Assembly (NCBI GenBank): GCA_050485305.1
Contig: JBJHBD010000001.1
Location: 7,681 to 71,680 of the forward strand
Source of the DNA: Gemmatimonadota bacterium
GTDB lineage: Bacteria > Gemmatimonadota > Gemmatimonadetes > Longimicrobiales > Gaopeijiaceae
DNA length: 64,000 bases
Direction of reading: 5' to 3'
Below are positions 29,449 through 38,435 of the stretch, piece after piece (position 1 is the first letter of the stretch; each line of letters begins with the position of its first letter). Both the position numbers and the translations under genes were made by a program. Below the pieces are notes generated by a model. That model was not told the origin of the DNA. It did no database searches and was given only the letters and a program-made list of their open reading frames with translations.

Positions 29449-30666
29449 TTATTCCCTTCGGAGCGCCTCGATGGGGTCCAGCCGCGATGCCTTCCAGGCC
29501 GGGTAGAACCCGAAGAAGAGGCCCACCGCGGCCGACACCGAGACCGCCACCACCATGGCTTCGACGGAGAAGAGGGCGGGCCACCCGGCATAGGAGGCGA
29601 TGATCTCCGTGGCCGCCACCCCGATGAGGATTCCGCCGATTCCGCCCAGGACGCAGAGGATCACCGCCTCGATGAGGAACTGCAGGAGGACGTCGGGGCT
29701 CCGGGCGCCCACCGCGAGGCGCAAGCCGATCTCCCGGGTGCGCTCGGTAACGCTCACCATCATGACGTTCATGATCCCGATCCCCCCCACGAAGAGGGAA
29801 ACCCCCGCGATGGCGGCTAGGAGGAAGGTCATGACCCGTGAGGTTTCGGTGGCAGCCTGCGCCACCTCCTCCTGCGTCTGGATGGTGAAGTCGTTGGGCT
29901 GATCCGGGGCCAGGCCGTGCCGTTCCCGAAGAAGGTCGGTCATCTTCTCCCGGGCGATGTCCATGGCGCCTTCGTCAAACACCTGAACATTGATGACCAT
30001 GGCATGGCTTCGCCCCGAGATCCGCTGGAAGGCCGTGGAGTAGGGGAGGATCACGATGTCATCCTGCACCGACCCCATGAGGGACATACCCTTGGGCTCC
30101 AGTACCCCGATGACCTCCAGGGGAACGCCGCGGATCCGAACCGTCTCCCCAATGGGGTCCGAGCCCTCGAACAGCTCTTCCACGATGGTCTGCCCTACTA
30201 CCGCCACCAGGGCGGTCATCCCTACCTCCTCCTCCGTGAACATGCGGCCGCTTTCCATGGGCCACTGGCGAATCTGGAGGTAGTCGTGGGACTGGCCATA
30301 CACCCGAGTTGACCAGTTCCGGTTGCCGTAGACCACCAGGGTCTGGGACCGCACCTCCGGGGAGGCGGCCACCACCTCGGGGATCTCGTCCCTGAGGGCG
30401 ATGGCATCTTCCACTGTGAGGGTGTTGGCGCTCCCTCCCCCGATACTCACCCCACCCAGCGACCTCTCACCGGGGAAGACCAGCACCACGTTCTGTCCCA
30501 GGCGGTTCACCTGCTCCCGGATCTCGGAACCGGCGCCCTGCCCCAGCCCCACCATGGTAATGACCGCCCCCACCCCGATGATGATCCCCAGGGCGGTGAG
30601 CCCGGTGCGCATGGCGTTCTTCCGGAGAGCCCGCACCGCGGTGTAGGGAATGGCGGTCCACTTCAT
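29449..30666 (-). CDS. ABC transporter permease, MacB/FtsX type
   Basis: ATG at 30664-30666 overlapping the ATPase stop. The layout is an N-terminal TM helix, a large periplasmic domain and a C-terminal FtsX-like three-helix bundle. Confidence 0.9.
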   Translation of the reverse strand: MKWTAIPYTAVRALRKNAMRTGLTALGIIIGVGAVITMVGLGQGAGSEIREQVNRLGQNVVLVFPGERSLGGVSIGGGSANTLTVEDAIALRDEIPEVVAASPEVRSQTLVVYGNRNWSTRVYGQSHDYLQIRQWPMESGRMFTEEEVGMTALVAVVGQTIVEELFEGSDPIGETVRIRGVPLEVIGVLEPKGMSLMGSVQDDIVILPYSTAFQRISGRSHAMVINVQVFDEGAMDIAREKMTDLLRERHGLAPDQPNDFTIQTQEEVAQAATETSRVMTFLLAAIAGVSLFVGGIGIMNVMMVSVTERTREIGLRLAVGARSPDVLLQFLIEAVILCVLGGIGGILIGVAATEIIASYAGWPALFSVEAMVVAVSVSAAVGLFFGFYPAWKASRLDPIEALRRE

Positions 30667-31475
30667 CCTGCCACCTCCGCTTTGTGGGCATCCCGGGCCT
30701 GGATCTCCTCCTCCACTTCGTCCACCTCGTCGCGCCATGCGTCCAGGGCCCGGGCGGCGTCGTGCCGCTCCCCTCGGTGGTCCGTCGAGATGCGGCCATC
30801 CCTCAGGGTGACGATCCGGTCGCTGAACCGGGCCACCTCCGGTTCATGGGTCACTATGACGATGGTGAGACCCTGCCGGTTGAGCCGCTGCAGCATGGTC
30901 ATGATCTCCAGCGTGGTGCGGCTGTCCAGGTTGCCGGTAGGCTCGTCGGCAAGGAGCAGGCGGGGCTCCGTGACCAGCGCCCGCGCGATGGCTACGCGCT
31001 GCTTCTGCCCGCCCGAGAGCTCGTTGGGGGTGTGATCGGCTCGGTCGCCGAGTCCCACCCGTTCCAGCGCCTCCCGGGCCCTGGTGTGGATCTCCTTCCA
31101 CCCCAGCGGCTCTTCCCGGTAGAGGAGGGGGAGCTCCACGTTCTCCACCGCCGTCGTGCGGGGAAGAAGGTGGAAGGCCTGAAAGACGAATCCGAGGGTG
31201 CGATTGCGGGTGCGGGCCAGCTGGTCCCGAGGGAGGGTCGAGACATCGGTGCCGTCCAGGAAGTACCGCCCGGAGGTGGGGCGGTCCAGGCACCCCAGGA
31301 TGTTCATCAGCGTGGACTTTCCTGAACCCGAGGGCCCCATGATGGCGGTGAAATCCCCCTCCCGGATCTCCAGGTCGATTCCCCGGAGGGCATGCACCTG
31401 GACCCTCCCGGTCCGGTACGTCCGGGTGACGCCCTTGAGCCGGAGGATGGGTCCCCGGGAGGGAGCTGGGGCCAT
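30663..31475 (-). CDS. ABC transporter ATP-binding protein (MacB/LolD-like)
   Basis: Walker [10 protein letters not shown], signature LSGGQKQR and Walker B LLLADEPT. The start is ATG 31475 (GGAG RBS) or GTG 31487. It has a roughly 45-aa charged C-terminal tail. Confidence 0.92.
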   Translation of the reverse strand: MAPAPSRGPILRLKGVTRTYRTGRVQVHALRGIDLEIREGDFTAIMGPSGSGKSTLMNILGCLDRPTSGRYFLDGTDVSTLPRDQLARTRNRTLGFVFQAFHLLPRTTAVENVELPLLYREEPLGWKEIHTRAREALERVGLGDRADHTPNELSGGQKQRVAIARALVTEPRLLLADEPTGNLDSRTTLEIMTMLQRLNRQGLTIVIVTHEPEVARFSDRIVTLRDGRISTDHRGERHDAARALDAWRDEVDEVEEEIQARDAHKAEVAG

Positions 31476-31489
31476 GGTCTCCGCCACCG

Positions 31490-32641
31490 TCAGAAGGTGG
31501 CCTGATTGCCGGTGAGGAGGCTCCGGCGAGTCCCCGAGTTCTCGGAAGCCAGGGAGACCCCGACGGTGAGCACATCCCCCTCGGCGATCCCCCCCCGGAT
31601 CTCCGTATGCACCCCGTCGGTGAGCCCGGTGATGACGGGAATGGAAACGAGCCTTCCGTTCTCGAGGCGGTAGACCCGCCCGTTGTACTCGCCGGTGAGC
31701 TCGGCGTCCGGGGGGCGGAGACCGTCGGGGAGGCGGGCCCGGAGCGCCGTGTTCCGGACCCGGAGCACATCATGGACCTCGGAAATGATGATGGACACCT
31801 CGGCCGTCATCCCGGGCTTCAGGTGCCCTTCCTCGTTGGCCACCCGGATGAGGGTCTCGTAGTGGACCACATTGTCCTGAATCCGCGGGGCGTTGCGCAC
31901 CTGAACCACCTCTCCATGGAACTGGGTGCCCCGATGGGCGTCCACCGAGAAGAGCACGCGGTCACCCTCGGAGACACGCCCGATGTCCGCTTCCGAGACC
32001 AGGGCGTGAATGTGCATTACCGCCAGGTCCGAGGCGATCTCGAAGAGTTCGGGCGAGCTCAGGCTGGCAGCCACCGTCTGCCCCGGATCTACGGTGCGGG
32101 AGATGACGATCCCGTCAGCGGGGGCGGTGATGGTGGTCCGATCCAGCTCCCGGCGGGCCGCGTCCAGCGCGTGGCGTCGCACCTGAACCTGAGCCTCCGC
32201 CTGGCGGAACTGGGCCTCCGCCTGATCCAGGTCGGAGGCGGGCACCACCTGCCGGGTGCGGAGTTCCTGGATTCGCTCCCAGTTCCGGCGGGCCAGCTCC
32301 AGCCCCGACTCGGCGGACTCCAGCTCGGCTGTGGCCGAGCTCACGGCGGCGGCGAAGGTGGAGGAGTCAATCTGGGCCAGGACCTGCCCCCGGGTTACGC
32401 GGGCGTTGAAGTCCACGAAGACCTCGTCCACGATTCCCGACACCTGGGATCCCACCGTCACGTGATGGACCGGCTGAATATTCCCGTAGGCCACCACGCG
32501 CTGGGCGATGTCGCCCCGGTCCACCTCTTCGGTGAGAAGCGGGGGGAGAGACCCCTCCGCCGAAGCGTAGCGCTGGGAGAGCCACCATCCACCCACCCCA
32601 ACGACAAGTACCACTCCAACCCAGAATTTCCTCGACTTCAT
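31490..32641 (-). CDS. efflux periplasmic adaptor (HlyD/MacA membrane-fusion protein)
   Basis: N-terminal anchor, coiled-coil region (AELESAESGLELARRNWERIQEL...) and a beta-barrel C-terminus. Start is ATG 32641 or GTG 32647. Confidence 0.88.
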   Translation of the reverse strand: MKSRKFWVGVVLVVGVGGWWLSQRYASAEGSLPPLLTEEVDRGDIAQRVVAYGNIQPVHHVTVGSQVSGIVDEVFVDFNARVTRGQVLAQIDSSTFAAAVSSATAELESAESGLELARRNWERIQELRTRQVVPASDLDQAEAQFRQAEAQVQVRRHALDAARRELDRTTITAPADGIVISRTVDPGQTVAASLSSPELFEIASDLAVMHIHALVSEADIGRVSEGDRVLFSVDAHRGTQFHGEVVQVRNAPRIQDNVVHYETLIRVANEEGHLKPGMTAEVSIIISEVHDVLRVRNTALRARLPDGLRPPDAELTGEYNGRVYRLENGRLVSIPVITGLTDGVHTEIRGGIAEGDVLTVGVSLASENSGTRRSLLTGNQATF

Positions 32642-32867
32642 CGTCACCGCCGTGTCTCTCGGGGAACGAACCGCGTGCGGCCCGCGAGGCGTGCGTCAGA
32701 CTCCCTTGCCGTAATCCCGGCCGCCGGGAAGGGATCTTCCCCTACCCCGCGGGGAATGGGTGGGTCCCCGTTCTCGGCGCCGACGCAAGTGTCCGAAGAA
32801 CAGACACTTCAGCCACCCTCCACGTTGGCCTGCTTGTGGAAGGGGAGCGGTGGATCTACCGTCGGGT

Positions 32868-33962
32868 ATGGACCGCGAACCCATCCACATCGACCCCCGC
32901 ATCGCCTCCGCCTCCACCCTTCCGGGATGGGCCTATGGCGACCCCGAGCTCCACGTCCGCATCCTGGACCGGGTCTTCGCCCCCTCCTGGCAATGGCTCC
33001 CCGACCCCGCCGAGGTGAAGGCGCCCGGGCACGCTCGCCCCTTCACCCTCCTCCCCGGGTCGCTGGACGAGCCCCTGGTGCGAGTACGCGACGATGAGGG
33101 GGAGCTGCGCTGCCTCTCCAACGTCTGCACCCACCGGGGGGCGCTGGTGGTGGAGGGGGAGGGGCACCTGCGCCACCTTCGCTGCCGCTACCATGGCCGA
33201 CGCTTCGGACTGGACGGGTGCCTCCTTTCCATGCCCGAGTTCGATGGGGTGGAGGGGTTTCCCTCGGCGCAGGACGATCTTCCCCGGCTTCCCATCCACC
33301 GTTGGGGGCCGCTGGAGTTCACCTCGCTGGCCCCCGCCGTCCCCTTCGAGGACTGGTTCGGGCCGGTGGCGGAGCGGGTGGGGCACCTTCCCCTCGACGC
33401 CTTCCGCTTCGACCCCGACGGCTCCACCGACTACACCCTGGAGGCGAACTGGGCCCTCTACTGCGACAACTACCTGGAAGAGTTCCACATCCCCTACGTC
33501 CACGGCGCTTCCCTCACGGCGCTGGACTACGAGGCCTACGCCACCGAGCGCTTCCGATGGGGAAACCTCCAGTTCGGAATCGGAAAGGGGAGTGAGGCGG
33601 GGTTCGAACTCCCGGCGGGGCACCCGGACGAGGGGAAGCGCATCATCGCCTGGTACTTCTGGCTCTTCCCCAATCTCATGCTGAACTTCTACCCCTGGGG
33701 GCTCTCCCTGAACCTTGTGCAGCCCCTGGGCCCCACCCGGACCCGGGTGAGCTTCCGGCGGTGGGTGTGGCGGTCGGAGCTGCTGGAGACCGGCGCCGGC
33801 GCCGACCTCCACCGGGTGGAGATGGAAGACGAGGAGGTGGTGGAGTCGGCGCAGCACGGGGTGCGTTCGCGACTCTACACCCGGGGGCGGTTTTCGCCCC
33901 GCCGGGAGGTGGGGACCCACCACTTCCACCAGCTTCTGGCGGAGGCGCTGGAGTTTCCGTAG
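32868..33962 (+). CDS. Rieske [2Fe-2S] non-haem iron oxygenase, alpha-subunit-like
   Basis: Internal ATG at 32868. It has the Rieske motif CTHRG...CRYHGRRF and a catalytic-domain segment NYLEEFHIPYVH. Confidence 0.85.
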   Translation: MDREPIHIDPRIASASTLPGWAYGDPELHVRILDRVFAPSWQWLPDPAEVKAPGHARPFTLLPGSLDEPLVRVRDDEGELRCLSNVCTHRGALVVEGEGHLRHLRCRYHGRRFGLDGCLLSMPEFDGVEGFPSAQDDLPRLPIHRWGPLEFTSLAPAVPFEDWFGPVAERVGHLPLDAFRFDPDGSTDYTLEANWALYCDNYLEEFHIPYVHGASLTALDYEAYATERFRWGNLQFGIGKGSEAGFELPAGHPDEGKRIIAWYFWLFPNLMLNFYPWGLSLNLVQPLGPTRTRVSFRRWVWRSELLETGAGADLHRVEMEDEEVVESAQHGVRSRLYTRGRFSPRREVGTHHFHQLLAEALEFP

Positions 33963-34083
33963 GCCCGCACCCGGGGGCGGCGGGGGTGGACGTTACCTCC
34001 GCGTTACCCGTAGCACCGCCGATTCTTCACGTCGCGGATCTATCCTGTCGAGGGTTGATTTTACCTCTTACCAGGAGTGGTCC

Positions 34084-36882
34084 ATGCGAACCCTTCGTGC
34101 TGGTCTCTTGGCCGCCGTGCTGGTCCTTCTTTCCGCGGCCCCGTCCCTCTCCGCTCAGGCCGGTGTGCTGACTGGACAGGTTACCAGCGCCGACGGCGCC
34201 CCCCTCACCGGGGCCGTGGTTCGGGTAGAGGGAACGAACCTCCGCGCCCTCACCAACGACGCCGGCTACTACCGGGTGGCCAACGTCCCGACCGGTCCTC
34301 GTGAGGTGGAAGTGACCTACATCGGCTACCGAGCCGTGACGCTCACCATCAATGCCGTGGCCGGTGCGACCGTCCGAACCGATTTCCGCCTAGAAATGGC
34401 CCCCATCCTCATCCAGGGCGTGGAGGTGGAGGGACTCCGGTCCGGGAGCCGGGCTGCGGCGCTGAACCGCCAGCTCACCTCCTCGTCCATCATCAACGTG
34501 GTGGCCTCCGAGCAGATCGAGCGCTTCCCCGACTCCCAGGTGGCCGACGCGGTGCGCCGCGTGCCCGGGGTGGCCACCTTCGACGACCGCGGTGAGGCCG
34601 AGAACGTCTTCCTCCGGGGTCTCGGGCCCGGCCTCACCGTGGTGACGCTGGATGGAGAGCGGATGGCCACGACGGGGCTGCGGAGCCGGGAGGTGTCCCT
34701 GTCGGCGCTCCCGGCCGAAATGCTGGGGTCCATTGAAGTGGTGAAGGCCATCACCCCGGACATGGATGCCGACGCTTCGGCGGGCGCCATCAACCTGGTG
34801 ACTCGTCGCCCTCTCGGTGACCGAACCGTCTTCGAGGTGTCCGGCGCCGGCGGACTCCACGAGAACGGGTTTGGCGCCAACGCGCAGGCCGGGCTCCACT
34901 TCGGGCAGTCCCGGGGCCCCCTTTCCTACATGCTGCGGGCCAACTTCCGTCGGAACGACCGGGCCATGGACGACGTCCGGCACTTCTGGGGAACGGAGAA
35001 CTTTGGCCAGGGTGATGTGGACGTCCTGGATCAGCTGCGCCTCTCCACCTACGAAATTCGCAGGGACCGCTACGCCTTCAACGCCCGGGTGGACTATACC
35101 CTCTCGGACCGCTCCTTCATCTATGCCCGGGGGCTCTTCAACCTCCTGGACGAATACTCCCTTCGGCACCAGTACCGGGTGACCCCCGAGGACGGGAACC
35201 ACATCCAGGTGGGGCTCGCCGAGCGGGGACGCGTGGAGTCCATTGGACGGGAAATGTCCCAGGACGAGATCCTGGCCTCCCTCACGGTGGGCGGCGAAAC
35301 GGGCTTCGGGGCCATGAATGTGGACTACTCCCTGACCTTCGCTCGCGGCGTCAACGACCAGCCCTTCCAGCGGTACCTGAACTTCCGCTCCGACCGGTAC
35401 ACCATCGGGTACGACATCTCGGACCGGAACTTCGCCCAGTGGTGGGTGGAGGGCGGCGATGGGCAGGCCCACCTGAACCCCGCCACCCTGGGGTTCCGGC
35501 GGCATGAGAACCGGACCAACTACAACCAGGACACCGACCTGAACGCCCGGATCAACCTGGAGCTCCCCTACCAGCTCGGAGAAGGGCAGGGCACCTTCCA
35601 GTTCGGTGGGCGCTACTTCGCGAAGGACAAGGAGCGCGAGGCCTGGGTGCGGCGGTACGGGATTCCGTCCAGCGTGCAGGCCACCTTGGCTGACATGGCG
35701 GTGGCGGGGGGGAACTACCGCCCCATCGTGGGAGGCCGCTACCAGATCGGGCACGTCACTGACTGGAGGCAGGGGGAGCGCTTCCTGCAGCAGAACTTCC
35801 ACCTCTTCAACGAGGATGTGGACCGGACGTACCAGGTGTCGCTGGACGACGAGTCCATCGACTACAACGCCACCGAGAGCGTGGCGGCCGGGTACGCCAT
35901 GACCACCCTGGACTTCGGGCAGTGGGAAGTGCTGGGCGGGGTGCGCATCGAGCGGACCGAGACCACCTACTCGGGGAACCAGTCCACTTTCGATTCCGGC
36001 GGGAGCCACATCGGGACCATCCGCCTGGAAGAAGGGAACGACTACACGAACATCTTCCCCATGGCCCACCTCCGGTACCGGGCCACCGATCGCACCAACC
36101 TCCGTCTGGCCTGGACCAATACCATCGCACGGCCCGACTTCTCCATCCTGGCGCCGTACGAGCGGGTGGATCAGGACGATCAGCGCATCGAGCGGGGGAA
36201 CCCGAACCTGCTCCCCACCCGCGTGATGAACGTGGACGTCCTGGCGGAGCACTACTTCCAGGATGTGGGCCTCCTCTCCATGGGGGTGTTCTACAAGCGG
36301 ATGAACGACTTCGACTACCGCGCCACCTTCACCCAGCCCGATGGCGAGTACGCCGGGTATGAGGTGCGGCAGCGGGTGAACGGGGCCTCCGCCGATGTGG
36401 TGGGGGTGGAGGCGGCCTGGCAGCAGCAGCTCACCTTCCTCCCCGGGGTGTGGAGCGGGCTGGGCGTCATGCTCAACTACACCTACACCACCTCCAATGC
36501 CCAGCTGGGGAGCATTGACCGAGAAGTGCGCCTTCCCCGGCAGATTCCCCATGTAGCCAACGCGGCCCTTACCTTCGACTGGGGTGGGCTCCAGAGCGCC
36601 CTCACCATGAACCACCGGAGCAAGTACCTCTTCGAGGTCACCGCCGAGGAGGTGGCGCAGCACCGGAGCCACCTCTACCCCACGGCGGACCGCTACCTGG
36701 AGGCGCAGACCCAGTTCGACCTGTCGGCCAGCTACCGGGTGAACCGGAACACCTCGCTCTTCCTGGAGGTGAACAACCTCACCAACACCCCGCAGACCTG
36801 GTACGACGGGCACCCGGACTTCCACTACCGTTCGTCCTTCAACCACAGGTGGGGGCTCCTGGGCTTCCGCTACGTGCGGTAG
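34084..36882 (+). CDS. TonB-dependent receptor with N-terminal carboxypeptidase-regulatory-like domain (SusC-like architecture)
   Basis: 932 aa with a signal peptide, a CarboxypepD_reg-like segment (GVLTGQVTSADGAPLTGAVVRVEG...GYYRV), a plug region (VPGVATFDDRGEAENVFLRGLG) and a barrel ending LLGFRYVR. Confidence 0.9.
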   Translation: MRTLRAGLLAAVLVLLSAAPSLSAQAGVLTGQVTSADGAPLTGAVVRVEGTNLRALTNDAGYYRVANVPTGPREVEVTYIGYRAVTLTINAVAGATVRTDFRLEMAPILIQGVEVEGLRSGSRAAALNRQLTSSSIINVVASEQIERFPDSQVADAVRRVPGVATFDDRGEAENVFLRGLGPGLTVVTLDGERMATTGLRSREVSLSALPAEMLGSIEVVKAITPDMDADASAGAINLVTRRPLGDRTVFEVSGAGGLHENGFGANAQAGLHFGQSRGPLSYMLRANFRRNDRAMDDVRHFWGTENFGQGDVDVLDQLRLSTYEIRRDRYAFNARVDYTLSDRSFIYARGLFNLLDEYSLRHQYRVTPEDGNHIQVGLAERGRVESIGREMSQDEILASLTVGGETGFGAMNVDYSLTFARGVNDQPFQRYLNFRSDRYTIGYDISDRNFAQWWVEGGDGQAHLNPATLGFRRHENRTNYNQDTDLNARINLELPYQLGEGQGTFQFGGRYFAKDKEREAWVRRYGIPSSVQATLADMAVAGGNYRPIVGGRYQIGHVTDWRQGERFLQQNFHLFNEDVDRTYQVSLDDESIDYNATESVAAGYAMTTLDFGQWEVLGGVRIERTETTYSGNQSTFDSGGSHIGTIRLEEGNDYTNIFPMAHLRYRATDRTNLRLAWTNTIARPDFSILAPYERVDQDDQRIERGNPNLLPTRVMNVDVLAEHYFQDVGLLSMGVFYKRMNDFDYRATFTQPDGEYAGYEVRQRVNGASADVVGVEAAWQQQLTFLPGVWSGLGVMLNYTYTTSNAQLGSIDREVRLPRQIPHVANAALTFDWGGLQSALTMNHRSKYLFEVTAEEVAQHRSHLYPTADRYLEAQTQFDLSASYRVNRNTSLFLEVNNLTNTPQTWYDGHPDFHYRSSFNHRWGLLGFRYVR

Positions 36883-36928
36883 AGGTCCCTCTTGTCCCCG
36901 TTCGCTTCACCGTTCACTCGCCACCCCA

Positions 36929-37906
36929 ATGATGACCTCTCCTTCCCCGCTCCATTCTCATGGCGTCCATCTCCGGGTGGCCCTCCTCCTCTGGGTACCG
37001 GCGCTCGTCGCCTGCCAGGGCCCTTCGTTGCCGGTCGGAACCCCCGAAGCCCCAGTCCACCTGGAAGCTGTCCGGGTGCCGGATTTTTATCCCCTTCCGG
37101 AGATGTCAACCGGATGGTCGCTGGACGAGGTGGTCTTCCGGGGAGCCGTCCTCGATCTTTCCGGCGAAACAGGCAATACGCGTTCGGTGGACTTCCATCC
37201 CGACGGCACGCTCCTCTTCGTGGTAGGTCGCGACACGGAGAACGTGGTGGCCTACGCGCTCTCGTCCCCCTGGGACGTGACCACCGGTTTGGCCGTGGAA
37301 CAGCTCGACATTTCTCCGGAGATGGGATCCAGGGGCTACCCCGAGTCGGTGGCGCATGGCTTCTACATTCGGAAGGATGATGGGACCCGTATGTGGGTCT
37401 GGAATCGCACCGAGATCTTCGAATACACACTGGATGAGCCCTGGGGCATTTCCACGGCGCGGAACACGGCCTACCGGAGCTTCGAGGGGACGGTGTTGCG
37501 GGGGCACGACATTGACTTCCGTCCCGATGGGATGCGCCTCTTCGTGGACGACCGGGATTCCCGGGCCGTCTTCCAGTTCACCCTGGCGGAGCCCTGGGAG
37601 GTGACCACCGCCGAACTGGAATACGTGCTGGACATCTCGGACCAGGAGGAAGCGGTCCGAGGGATCGAGTTCGGGCCGACCGGCACCCGCATGTTCCTCA
37701 TGGATACCGATCGGCGAGAGGTGCTGGAGTACCACCTCTCGACCCCCTGGGAGCTGGAAACCGCCCGCTTCGTCCAGGCCCTCTCGGTGGGCGGCCAGGC
37801 CGATAACCCCCGGGGGATCACCTGGCGCACCGATGGAACCCGCTTGTACGTGACCCAGGCTACCGGGACTCCGGCGCTCTTCCAGTACGACCTGGTGGTT
37901 CGGTAG
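36929..37906 (+). CDS. lipoprotein built of about five 50-aa repeats (putative beta-propeller), receptor partner
   Basis: Lipobox ALVAC. A repeated pattern is read directly from the translation: [FW]xxDGTxLFV...(x10)...YxLxxPW[DE]xxTA. It starts 46 nt after the receptor gene. Confidence 0.7.
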   Translation: MMTSPSPLHSHGVHLRVALLLWVPALVACQGPSLPVGTPEAPVHLEAVRVPDFYPLPEMSTGWSLDEVVFRGAVLDLSGETGNTRSVDFHPDGTLLFVVGRDTENVVAYALSSPWDVTTGLAVEQLDISPEMGSRGYPESVAHGFYIRKDDGTRMWVWNRTEIFEYTLDEPWGISTARNTAYRSFEGTVLRGHDIDFRPDGMRLFVDDRDSRAVFQFTLAEPWEVTTAELEYVLDISDQEEAVRGIEFGPTGTRMFLMDTDRREVLEYHLSTPWELETARFVQALSVGGQADNPRGITWRTDGTRLYVTQATGTPALFQYDLVVR

Positions 37907-37917
37907 GGGGAGGGCCT

Positions 37918-38424
37918 TTATCCCGCCTCCCCTCCCTCCAGCAACGCCACCATTTCCTCAAGCCCCTGGCTCCGGGCAACCTCCAGGGCGGTGAGGCCGC
38001 GAGCATCGGTCACTGACGCGTTGGCGCCATGGGAGAGGAGCGCTTTCGCCAGCTCCACCCGATTGAACATGGCCGCCATCATGAGCGGGGTGGCCCCTGA
38101 CCCGTTCCGGTGGTTCGGGTCGGCCCCTCGCTCCAGGAGCCGGGCGCCCAGCGCCTCATACCCCTTGAAGCAGACCCCCATGAGGGGGGTGTTTCCCGCC
38201 GGGTCCGTCCCGTCCACCTGAGCCCCCCGGTCCAGGAGCAGCTCCACCATGGCGCCCCGGTCGTTGTAGGCGGCGATCATGAGGAGGGTGAACCCGCGCT
38301 CGTCCCGGAGGTCCACCGGCACCCCCGCCCCCAGGAAGGCCGCCATCACCTCGGTGTCACCGCGACGGGCGACTTCGTGATGGTCGACCTTCCCGGGGTC
38401 GAAGGGGGGCGGGGACTCCGACAT
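37918..38424 (-). CDS. ankyrin-repeat protein (no signal peptide)
   Basis: 168 aa with about four ANK repeats (GFTLLMIAAYNDRGAMVELLLDRGAQVD, GNTPLMGVCFKGY..., GATPLMMAAMFN..., GLTALEVARSQG). Confidence 0.88.
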   Translation of the reverse strand: MSESPPPFDPGKVDHHEVARRGDTEVMAAFLGAGVPVDLRDERGFTLLMIAAYNDRGAMVELLLDRGAQVDGTDPAGNTPLMGVCFKGYEALGARLLERGADPNHRNGSGATPLMMAAMFNRVELAKALLSHGANASVTDARGLTALEVARSQGLEEMVALLEGGEAG

Positions 38425-38435
38425 GGAGGGGCGCC

